Positions 35,489 to 47,690 of a stretch of 64,000 nt of DNA are shown piece after piece. Numbering within the stretch: position 1 is the stretch's first letter; every line of letters begins with the position of its first letter. The stretch comes from Psammoneis japonica (Eukaryota). The stretch is from NCBI GenBank assembly GCA_008632985.1, contig QPGO01000022.1, positions 682,001-746,000 on the forward strand, written 5' to 3'. Under the pieces are notes generated by a model that worked only from the letters and a program-made list of their open reading frames with translations, searched no databases and was not told the origin of the DNA. The position numbers and the translations under genes were made by a program.

Positions 35489-36973
35489 CTAATTTACAGA
35501 GCAAACTACACGGCAGACATTTTGCCAGACGCAGAGCTTCTCCTCCCTGACTTGGGGAGTGGGCGCGATTTCTTCTTCCGATTCATGGCACCCGACGTCG
35601 CCTTCCTCTTCTTCTTCTTCTTCTCCATTTGTCCAAATTGCATTTGCAGAGAAATTCCTCCCCGGGCATGATTTGCTTCGTGACTGCCAAGCACCCGTCA
35701 TTGTAGAACTCGCAGTTGTTGTCCGCGTGTTGGCTTGCCTTGATCTTCTTCTTGTCCTTGAACAACTCGGTGGCATCGTTCACGTGGTGCATTCCGAGGC
35801 AGAGTGGATGGGAATTCTTGTTCCCTGGACCACTAAAATCAAGCGGTTTTGGCTCCACTGTGACGCAGCAGCCCTCGCTGTCACGGATGGTGGAGCAGCA
35901 CACGCTGTGGTCTTCTCCAAACTTGCTGTCGTGGTCGTACCACGAGTGGCTCCTCGTCGTTCCGGGCACCCTGGGGCCCACGTAGATTCCAACCGCACTG
36001 CCTTTCTGGAACTGGCGCAAAGCAAAAAAACCAACACCTGCGCCCCTCCGTTGCGATGCGTGCAGCTCGCCCACCTCCACCTCCTTGGGGCCTGCGGAGC
36101 GAACGGACTTTTCAAGGCAAAACAACGCAGGTTGGATGACACGGCGCCTCATCCAAATGTGCACACTTCTGCACTTACTCTCTTCACAAGGTGGACCAGT
36201 GCGAGCAACCACCCCGCTTCGAAAGCCTCGACGGCGGTCTTGAACACTTCGTTGCTCTTCGGCGTGAGTCTGGGATGCCCCTCTCGCCGACTTCCATGCG
36301 GTGCCTCCACACCCACTTGCAGTGTTCGCCGTGAGCATTCGCGACGGCTTCAGGGTCGCTCCTGATGCACCCCAGTTCTCCCAGCGCGGGGCACCAGAGG
36401 TCGGGATTGTTCGGCGCATCCTTCATCAGGCACATGGACTCCTGGAAATTGTCGGATTTTTCGTGCCGCAACACCCAGTCCCACAAGTCGAATGACGGTT
36501 CGGTGGGGTCCGGAAATTGATTTCCTTCTTCTTCCTCTTCCGCCGTTGCTTTCGCGACCCCTTTGGCGCGGGCTTGGCTGCCTCCTCGCTTTTGCCGCTG
36601 CAAAAAGACAGGACCTCCGGTTTCACAAAGGTGGCCTGATCACCCACCAACTCGATCTTGCACCGGCCTCAAGCAGCTGCTCGGCGGTGTGACCCAGCTG
36701 CTGTGCTTCATTCCAACCACAAATTTGAAAGGTTGGCTCCGGCGGCTCGGCTTTCTCCCTCTTTTCAGTTTGGGACTGCGCCGGCTTCTCCGACATCCTT
36801 GCGCGTTCGGACTCGACGGACACACCCTCGGCACTTCCCTCGGCACTTCCCTTGGCACCGAGTGCAGTCATGGCAACTGCCGCCGCGCCTTCGGTGCCCG
36901 TGAGTTCTGCCGCGGCTTCTGGAGCTGTCACATCCTCTGCTTTGCCAGATGCAACGATGTTGTCCTCCGCCAT
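35489..36973 (-). pseudogene. SET-domain protein (element cargo), frameshifted, terminal Tyr read as Cys
   Basis: GAGVGFFALRQF.KG..VGIYVG, PLCLGMHHVND, IMPGEEFLCKCN; N-terminal pieces in ORFs 36623..37213, 36426..36650 and 36184..36603. Confidence 0.72.
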
Positions 36974-37637
36974 TCTGACGCCGTGATGACAGAGGTGCAC
37001 TGACTGCTGTGTGTGGTGTGCTGTGTTCCAGCCGTTGGCGATCCACATCCTTCTGCGCGCGTAAACGCACGACACTTCGTACCGAATTCGACGTGCCTGA
37101 CGCACCCTACACTGCCTGCCGCGTGCTTCCGACTTCCTCAACGTCCCGCCTCCACCACTTTCAACTTGTCCTCGGGACGTGGCGCGTCTGCACCTGTCTA
37201 CGTCTGTCTGCACTACGGCACTACAGCGCCCTGCATCAAAACTTCATTAATGTTTGTTTTTTGCTTTCTTTTCCTTTTCTCTTCTTCTTCCATCTGGCTG
37301 GGAGGAACTGCTGGATAGCCTGGGTATTTTATGAAATGCTGTAGAAATCTGTTTGTCACACTAGTTTGCGTACTTTAGGCTCTAGAGAGTAGCTCTAGCC
37401 TTAGGTCATGCCGCGACTCTCCAATTCGTGCATTCCCGATCTTGCTCCGTGGGAATATCGTACGCTCCATCCCCGTCGTTTGGCATCTTCAATTGCGCAA
37501 AGAATCTTTGACACGTCCAATCCAACCGACACCCATGACCAACTCGGACCAACAATAAGATGGCTGCGTCCAGTCTGCAGCAAACACCGGAATATCTATC
37601 TTCACGAGAAGATGATGGGTGCACCGGTGCCCCATAA

Positions 37638-39378
37638 TCAACTGTACATCACTATCCTGCTGGCGTTGCCACACCATGGCATCCATGTTGGTCCCATTTT
37701 TGTTTCGACGAACCCTTTCCATGGGCACGACGGGTCGTCTGATGCTTGTGGAACACCTGTAGCCTTGTACATATCAAGCTTTTCTTGGAGCAGTTTCAGA
37801 ACTTCGGGGTGTTGTTTAGAAACGTCGTGAAGCTCCTCGGGATCTACCTCTAGATCAAACAGCAGGTACGGTGTGACGTTTTTCTCGTGAGGCGGATCTC
37901 TCCCATCAGGTCGCCCGCCATCACCTTCTATAATCTTCCACTTCCGAAAACGAAGAGCAGGACCGTGCACACCAACAGAACTGTCGGTTCTACCAATGAA
38001 CAGTTCCTCTCTGGCAGATTCTCCTCCACGAAGCGCTGCCAGCTGGTCAACACCATCTACAAGGTTTTTCGACGAGACGCCCCCAGCAATCGATGTAAGA
38101 GTCGGAAGCCAATCAACACAGTGGAATAAATGCTCCATGGAAGTACCTCTGGAAATCCCCAAGGTTTTAAGAGCTGGGCCTGAAAGCATGCCATCTCCTG
38201 TTGTTCTGACCAAAGAAAATCATGAAGAACGAAGCAAAGGAACGGAATAAGGTCGACTTGCAAAAAAATGTGTGTCAGAAATGGAGCGGAGTATTTGTAA
38301 GAACCAAAACGCACCCTCCCTGCCAAATGGTACATTTTCCACCCCGTTTTGGGTAATTCGATGATCCCTGCACCGCGCATGTTTCGGTTGGACCTCCATT
38401 GTCTGTCGTATAAATCACGAGTGTGTCGTTCCAAAGACCATTTGCTTTGAACGAATCAATAACTTGCCCTAGTGCTTCATCCGCAGCTGTAAGCATTCCG
38501 GCGTACACTTTGCGCGAAACTGGCCAGTCCATGTCTCTGTATTTATCAATATAGGATTTTGGGACTTCGGTTGGGGCATGCACCGCTTGAAACGCCAAGT
38601 ACAAAAACAAAGGACCATCGCTCGCGCTGTAACTCTCGATTCTGCGTCGGGCCTCGTTTGCAAACAAAGGTGAAGAGTAGTTCCCTCTTGCGTCGATAAT
38701 CTGCGAACAGTGCGGACCGCAATTTTCCCCTTCGTCAAAACGAAAATCGTATCCCTTCTCACTTTCTGACATATGCGTAAAGTAATCTTGAGAGCCCAGA
38801 TAGAACCCATAAAAAGACTCGAATCCTCGAAAAGTAGGTGTCTGCTCCCACCTTGCGTGGCCTGCGTGCCATTTTCCTACCGCGTGTCGAGTGTATCCAG
38901 CACTGCCCAGCACTTCGGCAAGAGTTTCATCGTTCAGAGGCAAGCCAACAGTCGATTTCGCGGCAATCCAATTGTTAATTCCAGTGTGTAGCGGGTATTT
39001 TCCAGAAAGAATAGCCGTCCTGGTTGGACTACAGGAGGGCAAAACATAATAGTTTGTTAAATACTTCCCTTGAAGCGCAAGAGAATCCGCAGTCGGCGTT
39101 AGGATTCCAGTTCCGTGCATTCCTAAATCATGGCTCCCGAGGTCATCCTTCAACGTTGTCATCGTGAAACAAAACGGATGAGACTCCAACAACACATTCA
39201 ACATCGGATGCAATTTCAGGGGATGGATACGCACCATAACAACAAAGAGAATATGAGGTTTGTAACAAGTGCAGCTTGTGAATACGAGTGAAATAATGAC
39301 ACTCAAGAGCTGCGTGGCTCTATTATGGGTACCGGCATTCGACGCCAACATCACGCTATTGCTGTGCCCATTGTGCAT
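37638..39378 (-). CDS. Arylsulfatase (ARSB-like, formylglycine-dependent)
   Basis: PHILFVV-DDLG (with an in-frame intron), CSPTR..ILSGKYP, GYTRHAVGKWH, AFQAVHAP, TDNGG, RGGK, DWLPTL, LFDLEVDPEE. Confidence 0.93.
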
Positions 39379-39437
39379 CGGAGATAGTCTAGGCCACCTA
39401 CTCTACGTAGTAGCAGGGCCCTAGCTAGGCCCTACTA

Positions 39438-40217
39438 CAAGTAAAAAACCGGTCTGTCCTCTGCTTTTTGGTGTCTTTGTAAAAGTCGATTTTGTTTCCA
39501 AAATCGATGGGGTTTTCACTATACAATGCTTCTTACGTCTTCTGCCATTGTCAATTGACATGTTCTCATGCCTGTGTTCACCAGAGTCACGGTTCTGAAC
39601 GCCAAAACTAGTGTCGCAAGAGGGGGCTTTTTTTGCTCCAAGAGGACAGACCGGTCGTCAGTAGAATTCTACGTGGAAATGTACCGAGAAATTTACAAAG
39701 TTTTTTTGCTCGCTTGTGGCCATCGTCTCTTGCAACGGCAGCATGGTAAGTCCATAATACACGCTCGTATCGAATTATATGGGCCCATAAGCTATGATTG
39801 ATTGCTGTTTTGCTTTGTTACTCGCACTGTGTATGCAGGTGTTTGTCACTGGTCATCATTCATCATGACACATGGTGCAACTTCTTGTTGTCGAAAACTC
39901 AACAAAACGCAGCGCGATACAGTGTTAAAAAATATTAAATAATGAAGATAATTAATGAACGACAATCTCTGTAAAATTTCAGACGGTGCATTTTTTTAGA
40001 AAATGGCGATGTGCCGTTTTTAGCCCCCGATTGCGCTATGATGCAACATTCTTTTGTCCCGCTGTTTTCACCATGATCTCTATTGACGTTCTAACTGAAG
40101 TTTGTAGGTTCGGTTTGGATGGCAAACAATGGGAAGTTACTCATAGAGTTGCTTTACAAAGTTTGCTCTTCCAAGAGGACAGACCGGTCGGAAGAGGACA
40201 GACCGGTTTTTTACTTG
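39438..40217. mobile_element. Non-autonomous TIR element (Tc1/mariner-type MITE), 780 bp
   Basis: Perfect 25-bp TIR CAAGTAAAAAACCGGTCTGTCCTCT / AGAGGACAGACCGGTTTTTTACTTG flanked by TA on both sides (39436-37, 40218-19); extra ccaagaggacagaccggtcg copies at 39638 and 40171; no transposase ORF. Confidence 0.88.
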
Positions 40218-40732
40218 TAGCTATGAGGAGATAGATCTCGCGCATGTTGCGGTGTTCCATGAGCGTTATTTTGACGTTTTCGTTTGTTATTTAAGAACTG
40301 TTATATAGATATACAATATTTTAACAATTATATATTCTTAAAGTGCTATCTTTTATAATAATACACTGTACACAGTAGTCGCACAAATAGTCGTATGTAC
40401 AGTACATACTACGCACCATACAGTACGAACTTATCACCGCTCATCACATTTTCAATTTTGGCGACTGAAATCGACAGCGAGAGAAGAAAATGGATGGAAC
40501 GCATTCAACACGGAACAGACACGACCACAACTTCCTCACTAGTGGGCCTACTTCTCGCATTCATCGCTTGGCAATCCTCATCTGCAGGTCCTTGTCGAGA
40601 AAACGCTGTCGAAACGACGCCGTACACCGTTGAAAGCCCTAGCACGGCCCAGCATTCTCCAACTTTTGTGCCTTGCTTTCGTTACGATCATCTCGGCAGA
40701 CACTGAAGGCTACCATAGTACTGTAGATTCTA

Positions 40733-42226
40733 ATGGAATCGTCATCTTCGACCACAAGGGATGACGTCTTATCAGCGGTGGATCCCAAGCTCATTCACCG
40801 CGTGCTGCTCACGGACGAGGCTTGTTTTGGAAGCTTAACCGTGTCGGGAAGTGCCACACCTGCGACACCATCGTTTGACGACTTCTCGGCGAGCTTGAGC
40901 GCGGCATCGCACGACGCAACTACCACAATGAAAAGGGCATACCGCGACCACGTTTGTGACTATGTTTATAGCGCGCAAAGCATGGAACCATTGCATGGAC
41001 TGCTTCTAGATTTGTACGGGAGGGTGAGAAAACTTGTTCCGAGTCGCAAGGACTTGCACGGAATTCTGAAGAACGATGACGTTGTCAAGGCGTTGTTTCC
41101 TTCTGAAATGATTCCCCTGGTTGTTGCTACTGGTAGGGCGTTGGAGCAATTGGAGTCTGAGGTTCGATCCGAAACAACACGAGAATGGATAGGAAAGATG
41201 GAGAGTTTCGATGCAACAAACTCGGCGAAGACGACCATTTCGATGGTTGTAACATCAATTATGTACTTGATTCTCAAAGCGGAGCTATGCGAGGCTGACA
41301 AAAAGGACTTTTACCTTGCAAATGTATTCGCTCCTATGATTCACAGCAAAGGAAGTGACTACGAAAAGTATTTGTTTGAGACGCGTTATGGTCCTTTCAA
41401 TGATGATTTGACTGCACCCCTGACGCAAACATGGATAAAGGAGCTTGTCACTACGCAAAGTAGGGAGTCTCGTGAAAACCTCTTGGTTTCATCAGAAGCA
41501 CGGATGAATTTGATCAAATATGGATGGGTAGATGACATTTTGTTTCGTGCAGCCCATCAACAGTCACTGAACCTTCCAGAAGTGTTAGCAAACGACGATG
41601 CTACAATAAATGACATACGACATAAGACAAGAATGGCAGCTGCAGGATCTGCTTTGGCACTACACGCTTGCACGGCAGCTCAAGTATCTACGACAGTGCT
41701 GAATCAACCCTTGGAGTCTGCCTCACCAATAGCACTAAGACGAGACGCCCTGGTAGAAGCGATGGCTCGAAAGGTGTCGAGTATCGAAGTATATGAAGGA
41801 GGCGTGGTGGATGCTGTGGTTGCTTTAGCAAAGGAATGGAATCCCATGCTTAGTCAGAGTGCGGGAGATACGCTCCAGGGACGTTCTCATAGCGTCTTAC
41901 GAGGTAAAGATCCTGTATTGAAGCTTTTGGATGCTCGCATGAAGGAATCGTTTCGCCACTTTGTCACGTGGAAACCAGAGAATGTACCAAAAGAATTAAA
42001 AAGTGGTATCATCGGCGCGAGCAGCAACATGCAAAAGAGTGAAGCGGCCCGTCTTTTTGATGACGTAGCAAAGAAGGAATTTTGTAGAAGAGGGCTGTCC
42101 TTTTATGCCGCAGAACTTGCAGACGCGAATTATTTGTCAAACAAAACAATTGGCTTGGCTTGGGATACCTTCGGAAAGGTTATGCTGGACAAGATTATTC
42201 AAAATATGGTTAGTGAGCAGCTTTAA
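40733..42226 (+). CDS. Tcp11 (T-complex protein 11)-like helical protein
   Basis: 497-aa ORF; pattern DFYLA...P.I...G.DYEK..F, T.TWI, LPEVL..D, DPV.KLL recalls the Tcp11 family. Confidence 0.55.
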   Translation: MESSSSTTRDDVLSAVDPKLIHRVLLTDEACFGSLTVSGSATPATPSFDDFSASLSAASHDATTTMKRAYRDHVCDYVYSAQSMEPLHGLLLDLYGRVRKLVPSRKDLHGILKNDDVVKALFPSEMIPLVVATGRALEQLESEVRSETTREWIGKMESFDATNSAKTTISMVVTSIMYLILKAELCEADKKDFYLANVFAPMIHSKGSDYEKYLFETRYGPFNDDLTAPLTQTWIKELVTTQSRESRENLLVSSEARMNLIKYGWVDDILFRAAHQQSLNLPEVLANDDATINDIRHKTRMAAAGSALALHACTAAQVSTTVLNQPLESASPIALRRDALVEAMARKVSSIEVYEGGVVDAVVALAKEWNPMLSQSAGDTLQGRSHSVLRGKDPVLKLLDARMKESFRHFVTWKPENVPKELKSGIIGASSNMQKSEAARLFDDVAKKEFCRRGLSFYAAELADANYLSNKTIGLAWDTFGKVMLDKIIQNMVSEQL

Positions 42227-42639
42227 ATATAACGACGTGAGTTAGCATTGCATGTTGCAGCAACTACTGCATTTTTCGACGATTGGGGATTAGATGCTTC
42301 CGGTTTCGTTTCCAGCCATCAGCGTATCACACCGAAGTACCCTGCGTCGGTTTCTTTTTTAAGGAAAGTCGACGGTGATTGTTAGTGAAACGGTATGTGC
42401 CACACTGCAAACGACAACTAGAGCCGCTCCGACGAAATGACTCAATTGTGTCTTATCGAGAATTTTCAATTCTTGCTTGCCATCTGCAAGTTCGCCTGCA
42501 TAGACTGTTTCCGTCGTTTTCCTTTGTCGTCTGTCGTTAAAGCTTTTACAACGTAAGGGACAAGGCTGGCAAAGGCAAACCTTACCTTTGGTTGATCTTT
42601 CTTTCCATCATTTTTTCTCTTGGTCATTTGAAAGGTTGT

Positions 42640-45600
42640 GTTGCACACTTTTTCTGTGCAAGGGTGTAAAAAGTGGTGTCAAAACATCCAATTCTGAGTG
42701 CACAAATGCTGATCTGAAATGACCATCATGTTGTGTCAGACCATGTGTGAAAAGCTTCCTTCATGAAGCAGGCCACCTCCCTCATGGCACAGGCTGGTGA
42801 CACTGCAACTGCAGCATCCAAAGAGCTCTGACAATGGCAACTGCATTGAGCAAGCAATGAATGGTGCTCGTGAAGAAATCCAAGCTGGAGCACAGATGCT
42901 CTCCTGCAGAGAAACAAAGGGATGGTGGAGGACAACACCAGATTGGTTGCCTGTTGTTTCTTGTTGACAGGTCCAGGGCTTGAGCTGTGGGAAAACACTT
43001 GGCAGCACAAGCACAGTGCTGGATTTGATCTTTGCTCCTGAATCTCAACATTTGACCCACCGTTTTTGCTGGCTCCAACATGTGTGTGGTGTGCTCACAG
43101 TTCACAGCAGCAGATGCCCAAGCTGTTCAAGGGTGCCCTTTCTTGTTTGAGCACCTTTTAATCACCACAGGTGTTGGAACATTGTTGGGTTGCAACACAG
43201 ACAATGTTCTTGAAGTGAAAGTGACACTGACGATTGTTGGTGACATGGCAAATCCAAGTTCACAGCTTGTCATGAAAGTGGGTGTCATGCTCACTTTACA
43301 GCTTCTGCACCAGGACAACACAGCAATTGGTGCAGAGCAGTGTTTGCAATCCATGCGGTGAGCTTGGGGATGATTGGCAAGACTGGCACAAATCAGTCAC
43401 TGGCAAGCCATGAAATCCCAACACAGAAGCTAAAAAGGCTGGCTGGGAGGTCATCAAGAGTCCAAAGGTGCAGCTTGTGTCAGTGGATTGTGGCAAACAC
43501 ACAAGCTGGCTGGATGAAGTGAGCACCAAAGAGACAGTCTCTGGAGGACCTTGCTGTGAGGAAGCTTCAAGGGCCTGCTGGCTGAAAGAGGGTGTGGTGA
43601 ACTTGTGTCAAACTGGAAGAAACATCAACATGGGTGAGGACACAGCTGAGCATTGAAGCACAAAAGATTTGAAGGAGTGGATGTGACACCATTGCTGGGT
43701 TGGGTCAAAACAGCAGGCAGATGCTGGAATGCATGGAGACTGCAAGGAAAAAGGTGAGCATGTCAGAAGAGTGTTCAGGCTGGAGATGCAAGCACTTGTG
43801 TCTTAGAACAAAAAACTGGAGGAGCCTGAACATCCATTGGGCACAATCATGTCAGAGAAGGACAAGGTGATCTGGGGCAAGGGATGCAACCAACACATGA
43901 AACTGGGCACAATCTGCAAGATGCAGAAGGCAATGGCATTTGATGCAATTGTGGGACAGTGCATGAAGACCATCCATTGCACAAGGTTGAAGAAGGAGTG
44001 ATGGAGTTTGCAAAGTTGCAAAGGAGGGGGTGTGGTTGTGCTGTTGAAAATTCTCAAGTCGTTCTTGTTTGATGCAATCAAGAGAGAATCTGCTTGCATG
44101 TTCAGACTCTGTTCAGGGTTGAAAGCAGTTGGCACTCATTCGTCATCATGACAAAGAGGAGAGGCACTTCAAGATTGTTGCAACTGTCTCACAAGAGTTG
44201 TTGAGATTGTGGAAGGGTTCTGTGGCAGAGTCATTGCAGAAGAAATCACCAAGAAGAAGATGTTTTCAGCACGGATTCTGATGGCACCAAGAAGAAAGAG
44301 AGGAACAAGTTGCTGGCTGGCAGCACCGCTCATGGAAGGTGCCAAAAATGTTGGCATGTCTTGAAGGACTCACATCGGCAGTTGACACTGGGGGTTGACA
44401 ATTGCCCCAATTTGGCCAAGGAGGCACCAATGGTGTTGGACACATGTGGGGTCAACAAGAAAATTGAGGGAGCAAGCTTTGTGCAACATGAGAAGAAGCA
44501 GATCAAATGCTGGAAATGCAACAACATCTGGCATGTGAAGAAGGATTGTCCTTTGCTCAATGATGACAATGATCATTTGTCAGCAGAGTCAGATGAAGTG
44601 AGCCATGGGTCTCAATGAAGCAGTCGACATGGCACAGGGCAGCAGCATGAGCTCCAACTGCCATCCTCCTTGGGCAAGCATGACACATCATGAGGTCAAC
44701 CAATTGACAGCTTCTTGTGCAAAGGAGTGCGTTGAAACATTGGGGTGCAGTGCAGTTTTGGGAGCACAGACAGACAATGTCAAAGTGAAGAAAGCAACAC
44801 TGACAATTGTTGGTGATGTGGTGAATCCAAGATTGCAGCAGCTCAGCCATGAAAGTGGGTCTCATGCTCACTTTTTGGCTTTTGCACCAGGACAACATGA
44901 CCATCAATGCAGAGCAGTGTTTGCAATCCATGCGGTGAGACCAGGGATCAGCAAGACTGGTGTAGATGAGCTGGCGCCATGAAATCCCAACAACAGGAGT
45001 CAGCAGGAGCAAAAAGGGAAACAAAGAAATGTGAAGGAGAAACATGCTGCATTGTCAGCTTGCCAGTTGCAACAACTGCTTTGCCCCCAGCTGCAAGTTT
45101 GGCTTGTGTCATTGTTGCCACCACTTGCTGACCCACTGTTGCATTTTTTCAGGGCATTTTAGTTGTCTTTCAAAGCCAATTGTGTTTCCTGTTGGTTCAC
45201 ACAGCAGCACTTTGCAACTGGGGGTGCAATGAGCACACCCTCTGTTTCTAAATTGCTGGCACAGATCCCCTGCAATCTGCAATGATGTCCTCACACATGC
45301 CCCAGCTGTGCTTGCCAGCTCTCCTTGTCCCTCTCCACCTCCCAAACAACAAGAACAATTTTGACATCACTCCCATCAGAGTCTTCCTGCTGCTGTGGTG
45401 TCAACATGTGGTGTGCTTGTTTTGGCAACCTGCTTGACCTTTGGCTGAATCCTCAGCCCATGGACCCAAAAACACATCCACAAGAGGGAGCAGATGCAAA
45501 GTTTTGGCAATCACAGAGCAACAAACAGACAATGTGTGCCATTGATGTGTGGCGCACATTGCTGTGAAGTGCAAAAGTTGTTTGGAGTTTGAGAAAAAAG

Positions 45601-47690
45601 GTTTCTTTGAGAGAGAAAAAAAGGTTTCCAGGAGCAGTGCCACTGGCAAGTCCTCAGCAGTTGGGGCATCAAGAAGGGACCATTTTTCAAGCAGCAAACC
45701 ACCCAAGCCTGTTGGAGCAGAAAAACTCACACAATCTTGCAGAGCTGCTGGCTTTGGGCTTGAAAGATTTGAGAAAGACAAGGTTGGTGCCCCACAGCAT
45801 GGAAGACAAGTTTGCATCCCAGCCAGCTGTTGTTGTGCAAGAACCTTGGAACACACCATTGTCATTTGTTGCAAGGGCATGTTCCTTTTGGCTTCACTCT
45901 CACCTTCGCAACAGCTGGTGGAGCAATGCTGCACAACTGGCACACTGCATGCTCTTTTTTTCATGCCCTGCATTGACCTTTCCTGGGTCAGTTGGTGTTT
46001 CTCCAAGGAAACTCATGCTCCAGACCCTTCACAAAAAGAGTGAACAAAAGAGTGTGTGTGACCATGAGTTGTCATTTTTCACCAAAGCATGCATGCAAGC
46101 CATCCATGCCAGCAAGATGTGAGCCAAGGATTGCATTTTTCACTGAAGTGTGCATGTGCAAGCCATCCACACCAGCAAGATGTGAGCCAAGGATTGCAGC
46201 AGCAGTGGTGGCCCCACACCAAATCCTTGGCAGCTGGGAGTTGTTGGCAACAAGGGGCTTTCTTCTTTCTTTTTACACAGCAAGCCAAACTGATGGGCTT
46301 GGAAAGCCTCACACAAACTTGCAGCTGGTGAATTTGGTCAGAAAGATTTTGAGAAAAAACAAAGAGTCAAAGCAAAGAGAAAGAGAGAGAGAGAGCACAT
46401 CATTGTGATTGCAGATTGAAGAAAAACAAAGTGTTGGTGCCACAGAAGCAGAAGTCAAGGCAAAAATGGAGGGGAAGAGAGAGAGAGCACATCATTGCAA
46501 TGACAGATTGGAGCACTGAGCATCATTGCGCTGGACAACCATGCCGCTGAGCATGTGCCAATCTTTGCCCACAAGGCTCTTGTTGTGATGTGCTGTTTTG
46601 TCTTGGCACTCACACAGTGGGTTGGTGCTCATGGTGGCTCACTCATTCTTGCAAACACATGGTCTGGCTGCGTGAGCTTTGTGGGCATTTGGCAATGCTT
46701 TGGTGAGGAGGAGCAAGCTTGAAGCTGGAGGCTGTTTGTGACACAAAGATTGATGATGCTCTGAAGAGATGCAAGCTGTGAAGTGACACCTCTTTGCACT
46801 TCACACAACAACAATGGATGTTTCTGCCAAGTGGAATTGCAGTTCTTGAGGTCACAATCTGCAAAGGCACAAAGACAGTTGGACAGATGCACAACTTTGC
46901 CATCAACATTCTTGAGATGACAAAAGGTTTGTTGCCAGACTTGATGAGGTCTTGGGCAGTCATGACACCAGAATGACCTTTGTTCAGTTTGGCACTTCTT
47001 GGGTTGTTGGAGACAGCTCAGTCCATCTGGTGCTGGGTTTCAAGAAGGCAGCCAGTGGCACAAGATTGTCACTGAAGGGGTTGCTCTTGCTTAAATTGAC
47101 AGCACTTGGATGACAATGCCAGTGATGACAAGCAGCAGCAGCAGCAGCAGCAGGCACGAGTGTGCTAGATGAGATGGTGCCTGTTTGTGCTGGTCAGTCA
47201 AAAACAAACCATCAGGAGGACAAGCACCATGGGAGATGTGCTTCCCACCACAAAATGGGTTTTGGAGGACTTGAGGGAGTGTCAGAAGTGCGCCTGCAAC
47301 TGCAAAGACTTTGACAAACTTCTCAAGGGTTCCCAGATCAACTCTCAAATGTGGGGAGATCACCACCACCAGCAGACACGTGCTTCTCGGCAGGGGCTCA
47401 CAAACCACACAGAACATGGCAAGCACAACAGAGATGATTGCTGATGAAGGATTGCAATGGAGAAGATCACTGTTGGATGGGATGTCATTGAGATGATTGG
47501 AGGCAGCAAGACGCAGCCACTTGGGACACAAGGATTCATTCATGACATGGAAGACTACGAAGGGTGCTGGCACCTCTCTTGAGGTTCCGCAACCACAGCA
47601 CAGCAGCACAGAGGAGAGGACAGGTGCGGCAGGGGACAACAAGATGCTCTGAAGATGCAAATTGTGTGGTGATTGATTCCTCTTCACATC
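42640..47690. mobile_element. Nested degraded retroelement block, TpA- and CpG-depleted
   Basis: Almost no TA or CG over ~5 kb; gag zinc-knuckle relic; diverged internal repeat at ~43190-43420 versus ~44765-44995. Confidence 0.75.
44310..44618 (+). pseudogene. LTR-retrotransposon (Copia/CoDi-like) gag relic with CCHC knuckle
   Basis: LGVDNCP...KEA then CWKCNNIWHVKKDC (CX2CX4HX4C). Confidence 0.65.

Larger units (their letters stand above)
23390..37300 (-). mobile_element. Large Helitron-type (rolling-circle) element with cargo genes; termini not resolved
   Basis: Rep-helicase ORF fragments at 24.3-30.1 kb plus adjacent ORFs sharing the same TpA-depleted composition between the host RBMX2 and sulfatase genes. 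Boundaries come from composition only. Confidence 0.72.

Noticed and set aside
24347..36973. Alternative genetic code or RNA editing to explain Tyr>Cys/His
   Set aside because: Neighbouring host genes use Tyr codons normally, the change is seen on both strands and in non-coding repeat DNA, and Helitrons have no RNA intermediate.
42290..42630. Possible minus-strand gene fragment with a gtaagg donor
   Set aside because: Short, no recognisable protein, and reading frame ambiguous.
42640..47690. Many Cys/His-rich ORFs resembling metal-binding proteins (also at 56.3-64 kb and 17.7-18.9 kb)
   Set aside because: By-product of TA loss: fewer TAA/TAG stops and more TGY/CAY codons in all six frames.
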